Positions 25,717-38,079 of a stretch of DNA of 64,000 nucleotides are shown here, one piece after another (within the stretch, counting starts at the first letter, position 1; the number at the start of each line of letters is the position of its first letter). Both the position numbers and the translations under genes were made by a program. Source of the DNA: Marsupella aquatica (taxonomy: Eukaryota > Plantae > Marchantiophyta); assembly GCA_973895155.1 (NCBI GenBank), contig OZ316894.1, positions 6,348,234 to 6,412,233 of the forward strand. The letters run 5' to 3'. The notes beneath the pieces are model-generated. The model searched no databases. It was not told the origin of the DNA and was given only the letters and a program-made list of their open reading frames with translations.

Positions 25717-27980
25717 AGAAAATTTCAGCTTGTTCCAGGAGCTCGAACTCATTTTTGGCAGCCTGTCTTAGATCGTTTTATTCATCAGGTTTGTTTCAGC
25801 TCTTTCATTGATCAGGTTTATGCTTTAATTCATTCTCAGCATTCTACCGATAGCGTATGATTCTATCTCTAGAAGTGGTTGTTTACCTTGAGACAGTGAG
25901 TTCCTTTCCGCCTTGATTGCAATTTTAGTGGAAGAATTGTTTACCTCAAGATATTCGCTTAGCTTCTATCTTTAATACATCAATTTGGGATTTCAATCTT
26001 ATACGTTCTTTCTGGAATGCCGTAGCAAGGTCTTGAAGTGGAAATTGATTTCTATCTCTCAGACGATTACATCGATCAATTACATCGATCAATTTGTCAG
26101 AATTCAGGTACTTTTCCTGAGATCATTCTACAGATCATTAAGCTGAGTTTTGATGCAGTTTGTGTCTGTAAACTCAAATATGACCGAATCACACAAGCTA
26201 ACTCAAATATAACCTGATCATATTAACGATGTCATACAACTTCCAGGCTGTGCAATTGACTCATCTTATTATATTACACTAAATCATATCAATCGACTCA
26301 ACAACCAGCAGCAGCCTGTACAATTTAATAATTTTAACTGACCGATGCTCTGTGAATCATGCTAAACTGAATTCTTAGTTTGCAATATGAAAACTTCTGA
26401 TATATGATTGTTTCACAATCACAACGCGCTAACATCTGAATAGTAATATTGGAAACTTCATGAATGTTCTGATTGCTTATAATTATGAATGAATCCCATT
26501 GATCCCCTGTTATCTAAATGAATACGCTCAATATTGGTCTGCCTGAATCCAGTTAATAAATATATCTTCGCATGAATATATCTCACTTTAATAATTCCAT
26601 GTTCGCATTCGGATTTATCAATCTGTACAGGTATCAGTCGGTATTGTGACTACTCCTGGTTTGTTGTTCGATCAATTTTGGATTATCTTTTGACGCGACC
26701 AGTCGCGTGTGAGGTAGATCTCCACACGGGAGGTTTAGAGAGACGGGTCGACTGAAGAGCCCTAGCACTACCCCTAACTGTATCGGACCGACGAGGAGGG
26801 GGTATGGCCACAATCCCCTCCTCTGGGTCCAACGACTCTGAATCAGATTCGTTGGATCCCCCATTGCTATGCCCTGAGCCCTCGTCCGCCGAGTCCTCAC
26901 CCTCCGATCCCTCCTCGTCTGAGCCCTGCATATATCCAACCAACCACCCAAATTAGTATACGCTTTTTAGAAATAAATTTTAACACCCCATTAAGACATT
27001 GCATTTAAAATAATCTCCTTACCAAACCCAGCTCCTCCTTCAAGTGAATCCGAAGAGCCCGTGGTCCTTGTTTCTTAGCCAACTCCCTCTCTTCTGGCAA
27101 TATTGGTCGCCCATGCTCGCGCTCCTGCCCCCCTCAAAAAATGCATCGACAACCAAATTAGTCCCAATTAGTGCCACCGGGTCACAACCCAATTAGATCC
27201 ACACTGGATCACCCCCAACATGTTTTAAAATGGTCAGTGGAACCAACCACGATAATCCGCAAGGGTAACCGTCAAAAAATTTGAAAATTCAAACTGTCCG
27301 ATTATTTTCCGATTGTTTGTCCGATAGCATCAAGGTTGAATTGGAATCAGACACGACGTCCAAAAAAGCCATAGCAGTATTTCCGACTGTCTTTCCGATT
27401 CTATTACTATCAGACCATAATCTAAAATAGGGCCCCGACAAAAAAGATGGAGTTATCGATCGCATGCATAGCGCGCTTGCAGGGTCCGCACGGCTTGACA
27501 ATAAGAGGGGACTTTGGGCCGGGGCTCTTCAGGCAAAGAAGGGCCTCAGGTGATCAGGTGAATGGAGGGAAGAGCTTGGAGAGAGGAGGTGGAGTCTACT
27601 TACAAATTCTGCCTTGAGACGTAGTGACCCGCCCTGCCCCATTCTGTGAGTGACTACTGGCCTATTCTCAACTCGAATCAATGCCTTTTGCATATGTGAG
27701 GGAGGGTCCCCAAGCTGAATTGACTTTGCATCCCAATGTTGCAGGTTTTGATCAGCATGGCGGGTGTCAATAGTCTCCCCTGCCTGGGCCCTCATTGCAA
27801 GGACTTCTAGCTCAGCTTGGCAGTATCTCCTTGCCTGCCAGGCTCGAACCTGCAGCTCGGTCTCAATCCAAGCTGGCCATACCTCCACAGGAATATCATT
27901 TGGGCACCCTCTTTGCCTGATCACCTCCTCACTGTCCTTGCACTCACCAAGGTACTTCCTCAGCTTCTCCCTGATGTGAT

Positions 27981-30900
27981 TGTCACGTCGTAGGCTTCGG
28001 CTTTAACTCAGACTTCAGCTTAGACGGGCACATCCCTCGTAAATCTGAGGGTTCGGGCAGGAAGGGAAGCACGTAATGCACCTTATTCTAGTAAACTAGC
28101 GCTAAGTGCGCATACTGCTAAATACGGACACCTCCTAGGTATGGTTTGTGTTCCGCCGCCGGAACGTACCTTAGTCGATAGCAGGATCGACCCCGGCTTA
28201 AGGGCTTCTAAGCCTTCGTGCTGTCCGCCTTCGATCCGGATTCGATGATACAGGTCCTCAACCCGTGCTCGCAACCACTTACCCGCAGGCTGCACCCTGT
28301 GCACGTCTCGGGTAGTGCGTTCGGCCCGGCGCTGCCACCCATATACGAGAAACCCACACACATATGCGCACACATGCATACAATCTCGATTTACACGAAG
28401 GAAAAATGATGGGAAAGGATTTTTACTACAAAGGGAACATATGCGTACACTTAGTTGACACGACAGCCCTGGAATGCACAGGTTCAAGGCCAAGGGTGCA
28501 CACTACAACGGAGCCCGGCTCCGCACTCGCCCGGCAAGCTCAGTCCTACCCCCTCCCCTTGGTACTCTGTCATTCCCAGAGGTCGGGACTCCCCGCATGT
28601 CCCGCGGATGTCCGACTCTAAAACTAAAAACCCCCCCCTGCCTCTACCGAGGGGTGCACTAAATACTAAGAGCCGAGGAACGGGGTGTCCTCCCGCCGAA
28701 GATTCGCTGACCAAGGTCCTAACTAAGCTGACAGTCAGGCCGGAAAACGGCTGTGTCTTATTAGAAGATCCTAATCTACGCAGGCTGGACAGCAGGGCAG
28801 CGTTGCCGTACCTAAGGCAGGTGCCTGCCCCAAGAGCCTGACCAAGCCAATCCTAATCCTAATCTATTCCTACTCCGCCGCTAATGCCTGGCACGCTTGC
28901 CAGAGCCGCCCGAATGGGAACGGCCATCCCGCTGCCTTCGAAGCCTGTCATTGTCCGCTTTGAGGAGCTGGACCTGGTCCAGCAGAGATTCGTTCTCTCG
29001 CCTCACCGCGTCCGTCTCCTCCGCTGCCTCCTGACATGCCTCCTCCAGCTGCTGGGCGTCGCTCGCCAGTTTACTCGCCAGCTGGTCCTGCTTCTCGGCC
29101 TCGGTTTGGAGCCGCGCCATCTCGGCCTGCAGTGTGGCTATCTCCGTCGCGTCCCGCTGGGCTCGCTCCTCGGCCTCCTCCAGGTCTTTCTGCCAGGTGA
29201 CAGCTTGTTTCTTCAAACTGTCAATCTGGTTCCGGAGGCGTGTAATCTCGGCCTCGTTCCCAGCTTTGGCCTGTTCGGCTAGGGCGGTAAGAGCGTACGC
29301 CTTTGCTAACAACTCATCGGCGGCTGCAACCTTGGGTCGTAGTTGCAGAAGCTCAGCCTCTTGAGCCGCCACTTCGTTCTTTAGGTACACAAACTCCACC
29401 CGGTACCGCTCTATCCTCTGAAGGGCCTCCGACTGGGCCCGCCCTGCCTTTACGGCGGCAACCAACTCCTGATTGAAGAAACAGGCTACCTTCCGAGCCA
29501 TGAACTCCCCGGTATCCCGGGCAATTTGATGAGAGAAATCCCCCAGAAGCCCGTTCAGAAACGTACCCTGTACGAAGAGTTCCGGGTGGTCCAAGTTGTG
29601 CCTGTCCAGATTTGGGCACGGGCAGACATCAACACGCGCAGGGGCCGGGGCAGTGACGTCCAGCCCTGGGGACATAACGTTGGAAGGGGCCGGAGTATCC
29701 TCCTGCAGCGATGTCCGGTTCTCCGGAATTGCCACCGGCGGGTCCTTGGGAGACCCGGGTTCGGGTAAGACCTCTGCCGTACCAACTTCTGTACTTAGCC
29801 CGGCTAGTTGGGTCGCATCAACGGTTGCGACGACCGACCCCTCCGGCGCCTCCTCGGTTACGATTACAGCTATTTGTGGAGGTGGGGTGGGTGAAGCTGG
29901 CGTGTCCACTGGACTTCGGGCCTCGGGTTGGGGCCGTCTCTCCAATGCCGGAAAAACCCACCTAGCTGGGACCAGCTTTGTAACGTTGATGCGGGGAAGG
30001 GTTCGTCGATCAAACCGGGCATACCACTCAAGAATGATTTCGATCTGGCTAGCGAAATACGCCTTCCCGCCAATGTACAGCGTCTTCCTTCGCCGCTCCA
30101 TCTCTTCATGGAATTTCTTAGCGAAGTACGACGCCCACTTCCTAGGTCGATAGTTCTCGACCTGGATGACCTGGGCGGCGGAGATCTTCCCCCGGGGTTC
30201 CATCAAGTGGAGAGCGTACCTCTGGAACTCCAGCCGCTCAGCTATCTCGGGCATGAGGCAGGTCCTCATCACGAACCCGTTGTCTACTGATCCCTCTGAG
30301 GGAAAACTTGAAGATTGGTACTTGGCCCCCTTGCCCCCGGGAGCCCATGATTCGACTCGATGGTCACCTTTGGGTAACCCGAAGATCATCTTGAGCCGTT
30401 CTTCTGTGAGGGACATATTCCTTCCCCGCAGCCGAGTCTGTTGACGTACGTCGTCATAATTCTTGATGAATTCTGTCATGTCCTCCCCGTAGTACCTGCA
30501 AGTGTTCCAGGGGAGAGAGGCGAGGTGCTCAAATCCCTGAGTCTTCAGGTACACCGCATGCTTGGGATGGAGGATGTTGCTGTGAACGTTTTCCCCCATG
30601 CGATGCATCGTTACCTTGGCTACGGCTACCGTGGCCAACGGTAACCCGGATGCACTGGCGGATTCCTTTCTCTTCTTTCCCCGTGACTGACTCGGGGAAG
30701 GTGATACTTCCCCATCCTCCCGATCGGGCCTGGGGAGTGCCACTGCGGTTGGTAACGGGCCCGGGGCGGCCACGGTCACCATGTTGTCTGCTGGGGCCGC
30801 TCCTGGGGTCAGAGCAAGGGGTGGGGACGGTATAGTGTCGGCCCCCCGAGCGCTTGTTCCTCTGGGCCGCCTGGTCAAGGGTGGGGTAGCCTCGTCGTCA

Positions 30901-31989
30901 TCGCTAAGATCTACAGCGTTGATGACGGAGCGTACCTGTGCTGGCTGGGTGATAGGTGGTGGGGTTTGGCTAGGCTGCGGCTGAGGCTGAAGCTGAAGCT
31001 GAGGTTGCATGGGCACGGGTACAGGCACGGGTACGGGTACGGGTGAGTTGGTCATGTTGGTTGATGGCCGAGTTCCCATGAAGCTCTGTAGGTGCTGGTA
31101 GAAGTTCTCCGAAGCGAGTGCGGACGCCCTTGTCGAACGGTTGGTACTGGACTCGCCGTTAATGACTGCCCGAACCTGGGCAGGGATGTGGTCGAAGTGA
31201 TGTCGCTGCAGGTCGATTGTACCCGGGATATTGAAGACCTCGTCCGGAAGCCGAAGCAATGCTTCCCAGAACCCGATATATTTGTCTCCGTCAAAGAAGT
31301 ACCCAGATACCTCAGCTGGTCGGTAAAGCTCGCTCTGAGACGGGTAGTCAAAGTTAAGGACGTAGTGGTGTCGTCCTGCTAGGCGGATGGCTCTCTCGTA
31401 TTCGCGTTTGATCTCGTATCGGCGCGGGTTGGCGTGTTTCAATGAATCGGCCAAGTGCCTTCCGGTAGATAGGAACTGCGTCCAGAATCGAATGGCCGAG
31501 CTGGAGAGGATCGTGTGCGACATTCAGAGGAGATAGTAGTGGCGACCTAGAGAGAACGAGAGAGCTGGGGTCGAAGCTGGCGCGCGGACTGATGGACTGG
31601 TGCACTACAAAGGGTTGGCTCCCCTTTTATACTTTGAGGGCTTGTCGATCCCCGACGTCTCCTCGACGCCCATAGGTTGAACCGCTCATGCTTGTGGTGT
31701 ACCGGCCACTCCGCCGGTCTGAGTCAGCGTGCGTCAGTGGCCGCTTCCTTAAGTTCGTTATACGGACCCGAGGGAGGGGCCCCTCCATGCTCATAACCCG
31801 GGTGTGCGAATAGCGACCCGCCGCCAGCCCGAACCTGAAGTCCCCCTTATTGCCTAATGATGTCCTACCCCTAATGATTACCTAAATACTGTCGTTATGC
31901 TAATAATAGCGGCCTAAGACCCACCTAACGCGCGTGCCGAGCGCAGTTAGACTGAATCACTCATTAACCGCCGTACCGGCGGTGTCACA
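27981..31989 (-). repeat. 3' LTR (4009 bp)
   Basis: Near-identical to 38080-42086 (about 10 substitutions and one 2-bp indel found by eye). Confidence 0.97.
28881..31523 (-). CDS. LTR-encoded 880-aa protein (3' LTR copy): globular domain resembling Athila ORF1/plant mobile-type domains, Pro-rich linkers, C-terminal coiled coil
   Basis: Uninterrupted ATG-to-stop ORF; LPWN...MTEFIKNY....TRLRGRNMSLTEERLKMIFGLP; heptad-rich C-terminus; TATAAAA about 100 bp upstream (31625-31631). Confidence 0.85.
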   Translation of the reverse strand: MSHTILSSSAIRFWTQFLSTGRHLADSLKHANPRRYEIKREYERAIRLAGRHHYVLNFDYPSQSELYRPAEVSGYFFDGDKYIGFWEALLRLPDEVFNIPGTIDLQRHHFDHIPAQVRAVINGESSTNRSTRASALASENFYQHLQSFMGTRPSTNMTNSPVPVPVPVPVPMQPQLQLQPQPQPSQTPPPITQPAQVRSVINAVDLSDDDEATPPLTRRPRGTSARGADTIPSPPLALTPGAAPADNMVTVAAPGPLPTAVALPRPDREDGEVSPSPSQSRGKKRKESASASGLPLATVAVAKVTMHRMGENVHSNILHPKHAVYLKTQGFEHLASLPWNTCRYYGEDMTEFIKNYDDVRQQTRLRGRNMSLTEERLKMIFGLPKGDHRVESWAPGGKGAKYQSSSFPSEGSVDNGFVMRTCLMPEIAERLEFQRYALHLMEPRGKISAAQVIQVENYRPRKWASYFAKKFHEEMERRRKTLYIGGKAYFASQIEIILEWYARFDRRTLPRINVTKLVPARWVFPALERRPQPEARSPVDTPASPTPPPQIAVIVTEEAPEGSVVATVDATQLAGLSTEVGTAEVLPEPGSPKDPPVAIPENRTSLQEDTPAPSNVMSPGLDVTAPAPARVDVCPCPNLDRHNLDHPELFVQGTFLNGLLGDFSHQIARDTGEFMARKVACFFNQELVAAVKAGRAQSEALQRIERYRVEFVYLKNEVAAQEAELLQLRPKVAAADELLAKAYALTALAEQAKAGNEAEITRLRNQIDSLKKQAVTWQKDLEEAEERAQRDATEIATLQAEMARLQTEAEKQDQLASKLASDAQQLEEACQEAAEETDAVRRENESLLDQVQLLKADNDRLRRQRDGRSHSGGSGKRARH

Positions 31990-34900
31990 TAGCTCCCTGC
32001 TTAATTGTGAAGCGTCCTCGCGAACATCGCTATCGGCGTCGTCATCTTGATGGTGGTACTTTTTTACACGATCGTAGCTGATTCGCGTGGGGAGTAAATC
32101 GCCGGCATACGTCGCAAGCTCCAAAGATCCGTTTCGATAGATCTGATTGACAAGGAAGGGCCCCAACCACCGGGTATGCAGCTTCCCTGGAAACTGCATG
32201 TACCTACTATCGTACAGAAGGACTAGATCGCCTGCCACGACATCGACCCTCCGTAGTCCTTTGTCGTGCTGCTTCTTCGAAGTTGCCTGTTGCTTCACGG
32301 TGTGTCGAGCTGCCAGTAGCCATGCTTCTTCCAAGGCTTCAATCTGATAAGCTCGGTCTGACAGACTTTCAGATTCAGGTAAGCGATCCCGAATGCTGAC
32401 CCGTGGAGTGTGCACTTCAAATTCGACGGGCACCAACGAATGTTGGCCGAACACCAGAAAGTACGGGCTATGACTCGTAGTAGTTTTGTAAGCTAGATTA
32501 TACGAGTACACCGCCGCGTACAACTTATCATCCCAATCCGTTTTGTGCGCAGCTACAGTTTTGTTGAGGATCTTCCCAATGATACCATTTGCTCTCTCCG
32601 CCATCCCGTTGGCTTTAGGATGATATGGGGTAGTCTTGCGGTGCTTGACTAGGTAACGCTCCGTAAGCTGGGCTACGGTGTCATTGAGGAAGTGGGTTCC
32701 ACGGTCGCTTACCAATTCTAAGGGCGGTCCGAATCGGGTGAAAATCTGTTCGTATAAGAATCTGGCACTGGTTGCGGCGTCGTCCTTTACCGTAGCCCGC
32801 GCTTCGACCCATTTGGTGGAGTAATCAATAGCTAATAGGATGTATCTGCACCTTCGCCTTCGGGTAACGGGAGTGAACGGTCCGATATAATCAATTCCCC
32901 ATTTTTCGAATGGTGCCAATGGAAGCACAGATGTGAGCGGGTGATGATGAGCCCGCCTCGGGGCCCCCGCTCGCTGACACAATTCACAGCCCTTAATGAA
33001 GTGCTGTACATCCCGATGCAACGTAGGCCACCAATACCCCGAGTCCAGAATCTTTCGGGCTGTCGTAACTGCCGCGAAATGGCCTCCAGCTTCTTCTTCA
33101 TGCAGGGCCCGTATCACGATAAGTGTCTCCTTATACTCTAAGCAGCGTCGTAACTTTCCGTTAATACCTTCCTTATGTAGGTGACCCTGTATCATGACGT
33201 AAGGCCCGGCTTTCCGTAAAAACACAGCGGCGGCCTCCTGATTGATGCCGTCAGGGATGCAGCCCGTTAAAAGGAAGGTGATTATTGAGCCGTACCACGT
33301 TGGTGTCCCTTCCCCTACGTGGAACAACTCCTCATCCGGAAAAATATCATCAATTGGCTGAACGACTGGTACGCCGTCCAGTCGTGAAAAGAAATCGGCA
33401 TTGAGGTGTACCCTTCCTGGCCGAACCCGAACTTCGTAATTAAATTCCTGGAGAAGTAGCACCCACCGGGCTATCCGTCCTGTCACATCCGCTTTGTTGA
33501 CCATGTACTTCAGGCTATCATGATCCGTGTGGAAAATGACCTTGTAGCCTAGCAGATAGTGTCGGAACTTTTTACACGAGTAGATTATTCCCAAAGCTTC
33601 TCGATCAGTGGGGGAATAATTCTTTTCGGCTGCAAATAGTTGACGGCTAGCGAAATAGATGGGGTGATCACGTCCATCCTCATCTAGCTGACTAAGTACG
33701 GATCCGATACAGAACCCTGACACATCAACATACACGTGGAACTCCTTATTCCAGTCTGGGGTGACCATGATAGGCGCGGTGGTGAGTCGTTTACGGAGTT
33801 CCTCAAAAGCAATCCGTCTCCGGGGTGTTTCCTCGACCGCTGCGTCCTTCTTCATCATCTCAGTTAAGGGCAACGCAATTTTAGCAAAGTCTTTAATGAA
33901 CCGGCGGTAATACCCTACGCAGCCCAAGAAGGATCGTACTGCTTTTTGATCCAAGGGGAACACCACCGCCATCCAGGCCGCAACTTTCTCTTGGTCCACC
34001 TCAATGCCCCGTTTGGACACACGATGCCCGAGTAACACCCCCTCCTCTACCCCAAAGAAGCATTTGGCGGGATGTAGTTTGAGGTTAACATCTCGGCATC
34101 GTTGCAACGTTCGTCGTAGGTGTTCGGGGTGCATGGCAACGGTTCCGAAGATGGCAAAGTCATCGATAAATATCTCCAAAAATTCCCGTAGGAAATCGTG
34201 GAAGATATTCATCATAAGGCGCTGAAACATAGCCGGGGCGTTACACAGACCAAAAGGCATCCTCCGAAATGCGAACGTTCCCCACTCCGTAGTGAACGTT
34301 GTTTTGAGCTGATCCGCGAGACGAATCCAGATTTGGTTATAACCTGAATACCCGTCAAGAAATGTATAGATTTCATTTCGGGCCACCATATCTAGAACCA
34401 TATCCGTGAATGGTAATGGGTAATGGTCTTTTCGGGTTGCGTCATTCAGCTTACGGTAGTCCTGACAGATACGAATCTTAGGTTTTCCATCCGTACCTCC
34501 CTTCTTTGGTACAATGACAATGGGAGAGACCCAGTCGCTGGCCATTACCGGGTAAATGATATCGGCGGCGAGGAGACGATCAATTTCCTCCTTCACTAAG
34601 ATGGAGTACCTCGGATTCATGCGATGTTGTCGCTGTCGTACCGCATGGGCTCCTAGGTTCAGATCGATTGTGTGTTCTCCCAACTCGGGGGAGACGCCTG
34701 TTAAATCATGATGACTCCATGCAAACACATCTTCATATTCCTTGAGCAAAGCTTGGATGGCTTTTTCAGCCTTCCCCGTCAAAGCGTGGCCCAGGTTAAA
34801 AGATTTGTCCATCCCAATAGTGTACTTCCGGTAGTGCTCCTTCCTGATGACTTCAACCTGGTTTCGCAGACTCGGGTCCAGGCTCGCGTCAAGCTCAGCT

Positions 34901-37900
34901 AACCGAACCCCTCCGTACATGGGTGGGACCGGGATTGGTCTCGGGATGGGGTTTACTTCCTCCAATTGCGGAATGGACGGATCCCATGAGACTCACTTTT
35001 TATGTCTCGGTCTCGAGTTTTCGGCCTCAGGCGGTTGTTGGGCTGGTTCATGGTTACAAGGCTCTGAAATGGAAGGAGTAGCCACGGCTCCCTGCTTGGC
35101 TGGAGCCGTGTCCTCCGTCTCGACGAGTTGTTCGTGCGTTTCCTCATCCCCGACAGTAGATGTACTTGGGGTGGACTCAATGGCAGCCCTCGGGTAATTT
35201 AGGAGATGTGTTTCTCGGGTTGCTTCAACTCCGAAGACATCTTCCTCGGATAGGGACGAGATGAGTTCGATCATATTGAGTTCCTCTTCCTCCGAGGTCT
35301 CCGAATCATATTCCTCGGGTCCTTGTGGGGTTTCTCCCTGATAATCGTCCATTGCCCAGGATACCCGTACGGTGGGTTCCCCGAACCGTAGCTCCTTCTT
35401 TCCCCAATCCGTGACTACACGGCCACCGTACAGCCACGGCCTGCCCAGAAGAACCGGATAAGAGGAGGGACGAACCGGCCTCATGACTAAGAAGTTGAGA
35501 TAGAACTCTACCCCTCCCACCAGAGTGAGCACTCGTGTGAGCGTGCCTAATGGGAGGACCCTTGCCCCGTTTGCTAATCTGATAGCTCGGGCCGTGGGTT
35601 GATACGTGAGGTATCCTAACTTGACTGACGTTTCTTCAGTCATGATGTTGACTCCCGCTCCTCCGTCTACAAGGACCATCTTGATGGTACAGTTATTAAT
35701 TTCGATCGAGATGTCCGGCGCTCCAAGGTCCTCGCATATCATGTTGCAGTCCGCACTCCCAACTCGGGGTAGTCTTCTCCTTCGGCGACCCATGAGCAAC
35801 TCCCTCAGTTGTCGTCTGTACTGTGGGTTGTTCTGCAGCAGTTGCCCCACCGTCGCTGTAACCGGGCAACTCTTCACGTCCTCCTTAATATCATAGTCCT
35901 CCTTTGTTTCTTTCGTTGGCTGCTGCTTGGCTTCCTCTTGTTTATCTTGCTTTTCTTGCTCCTGACGCCGGGCTGTCTCGGCTGCTTTGATGTCCTTATC
36001 GATTGCCTTCTGGTATTCCCGAGCTTCGTAAGCCTCCAGCTATTTCTTTACCAATTCTTCGATGCGGGGGAAAAATAGCTTCGGGTCGTCCCGTCGGTAG
36101 TCATCGTCCTTTTCCGGGGGTATATTTATCGCTGGCTGCACTGGAGTAGTATCTTGCTTTTTCCTCCTTTTCTCCTCCGTCTTTTCTTCCTTCCGTTCGG
36201 CCCTTGTCGACACTCGGTAGCACTCGGCCTCATCCAATGGATTAGGGTGTTCCGCCACGTCCACCAGATTCACCCACTCGGTGTTGTCATCTTGCCATTC
36301 TACAGCAATCATTTGGACGACTGCATCGCTCGTGACTGGTCCAGCCTGGGCCGGTCTAGCCGCACTCGTTCGAGCAGCGATTACCAACGGACAGTTGGCC
36401 GTGGAATGAGCCTCCGTTTTGCAAACTTGACATAGTGGGGTGCCTCGACCATCTCCCTGACGTCTTGGTTCGGTGCATTCCCTTGCAAAGTGTCCTGGCT
36501 TTTCACAGTTGTAACAAACCGGGGACCGCCAAATCCCTGGCTTAGGAGGGATGCTCGGGTTACTGATAACCTGGAAACTCCGGCCATTACTTGGGTAGGG
36601 GTACGCAGTTCTACCCGCTAAATTACGCGGACCAACCGTTGAAATCTGGTACACGGAATCAGGAGGGTCCTCAAAGAAATACTCCGTGGACTCCGATTCG
36701 GGGCCCGGGTTGTCAACATCATCCAGCTCTACTTGGTGAACTCGGTTCTTCCACCTTGGGCATTCCTGCACCACATGGCCGGATTGGAAGCACTTTGAAC
36801 ACCACGCATGGGCTCGAATCTCAGATGGCTTCTTCTTCTCCACCGGCTTCTCCGCAAGATGTACTGACAGTGCTTTGAGTCGATCCGTGATTTCGTTCAG
36901 CTTGTCTGCTTCGGCAGCCTTTGGATCTGGTATCGTTCTTCGCGCCCGGGGTTTAATCTTCCCCTCCTTCTTCACTCGTCTCTTCTTCTTTTTGCTCCGG
37001 CTTTCGCTCTCCAAGTCACTTCCTGATGAACTGGAGGTAGAGGATCCGATGCTTGAAGCTGAATCCGAACTGGATTCCGTCTCGGAGTTGGACGAGGTCG
37101 AACGATGTTTCTTCTTCTTCTTCCGTTTCTTCTTCCTCTCGTCGTCCGATTCGGAGTCACTGTCACTGAAGGTTTCGTACTTACCCTTCCTGCGGCGTGC
37201 TCGCTGGCTCCGCCGGGAGTTATAGGTGGACTCCCGGTAAGTTTCAGCGCACGCTATGGCCGCCTGCATTGAAATTGGATTATTCTGGCGTACCCAGAAT
37301 TGCATATTCGTGGGCAAACCATGAAGGAACCATGTAAGCTGGAGCGCGTCTCCTGGCCTGGGCCGGATCTTGGCCGCAAGTTTCTGAAACTTCTGAATGA
37401 ACTTCCGCAGGGACTCTTTTTTTCCCATGCGAAGCTGGCCAATCTTTAATAGAGAACGTTGTTCTGATCCAATGGCACGAAACTCCTGCAGCAATGCAGC
37501 TTGGAATTGTGCCCAGGTAGTCCCGGGTGGTAACGAGTTGTACCATGGACGAGCTTCTCCCCGCATTACTCCCGGGAGGACGGTTAGCTTAATGGCGTCT
37601 TCCCCATTAGCTTTAGCAGTGGCTTCAAACTCATCCAACCATTCATCCGGATCATCCCCATGACGTCCTTTGAAAGGTCGATAATGAAATCGCGATCGTT
37701 GCGATATTTGTGGAGGCGCCTGAGCAGCGCGGGCCACCGGTGGAGCGACTGCCATAGGTGGTGGTGGTGGTGGTGGTGGTGGTGGAACCGCAGCAGGGCC
37801 GGTCGAACCGGACCCCGAAGATCCCGGGGGTATGTTCATACGTCGGGACGATTGCGAGTCCTCCGAGCCCGACGAGTCGGAGCTTGTTGTGGTTGCACTT

Positions 37901-37956
37901 TCCCGTTCGCTGGTCAATCTCCTCAAGTAAGCTGCTTGAGAACGAGTGACGGGCAT
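31957..37956 (-). CDS. gag-pol polyprotein in a single 2000-codon frame with two in-frame stops
   Basis: Gag with three CCHC knuckles; protease LVDGGAGVN; RT (DYRKLN, LDGYSGYNQI, MPFGLCNAP, FIDDF); RNase H (YVDVS, DREAL, TDHDSL); integrase (GHF...CELC, WGIDYIGP, SDRGTHF, NGMAER). ORFs 36040-37956, 34993-35877 and 31957-34965 share a frame, separated only by TAG (36040) and TGA (34993). Confidence 0.95.
31990..32004 (-). other. Putative polypurine tract
   Basis: Minus strand ...TTAAGCAGGGAGCTA directly abuts the 3' LTR; only modestly purine-rich. Confidence 0.55.
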
Positions 37957-38049
37957 TTACTCATATAAATGCAATGGTTAGTACTACGTCCTGATGTATC
38001 CTGCCTAGGTGAATACGCACATGTCTCCCCTCTACGATATGTAGAGTGC

Positions 38050-38067
38050 CCCCTCCATCTAGCGCCA
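38050..38067 (-). other. Primer binding site, probably tRNA-Asn
   Basis: Minus strand TGGCGCTAGATGGAGGGG is complementary, with one mismatch, to the 3' end of plant tRNA-Asn as I recall it (...CCCTCCTTCTAGCGCCA); 12 nt from the LTR. Confidence 0.8.
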
Positions 38068-38079
38068 AAACAAAGGCTA

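Noticed and set aside
24000-26630. Short ORFs and a possible left TIR of CACTA-3
   Set aside because: No recognisable protein motifs, and no CACTA terminus with subterminal repeats was found.
34993-36042. Programmed frameshift or readthrough between gag, protease and RT
   Set aside because: All three ORFs are in one frame, the stops lack a CARYYA-type context, and single C-to-T changes explain them. Not fully excluded without other copies.
38050-38067. tRNA gene
   Set aside because: Only the 3' 18 nt including CCA are present, so it is a PBS.
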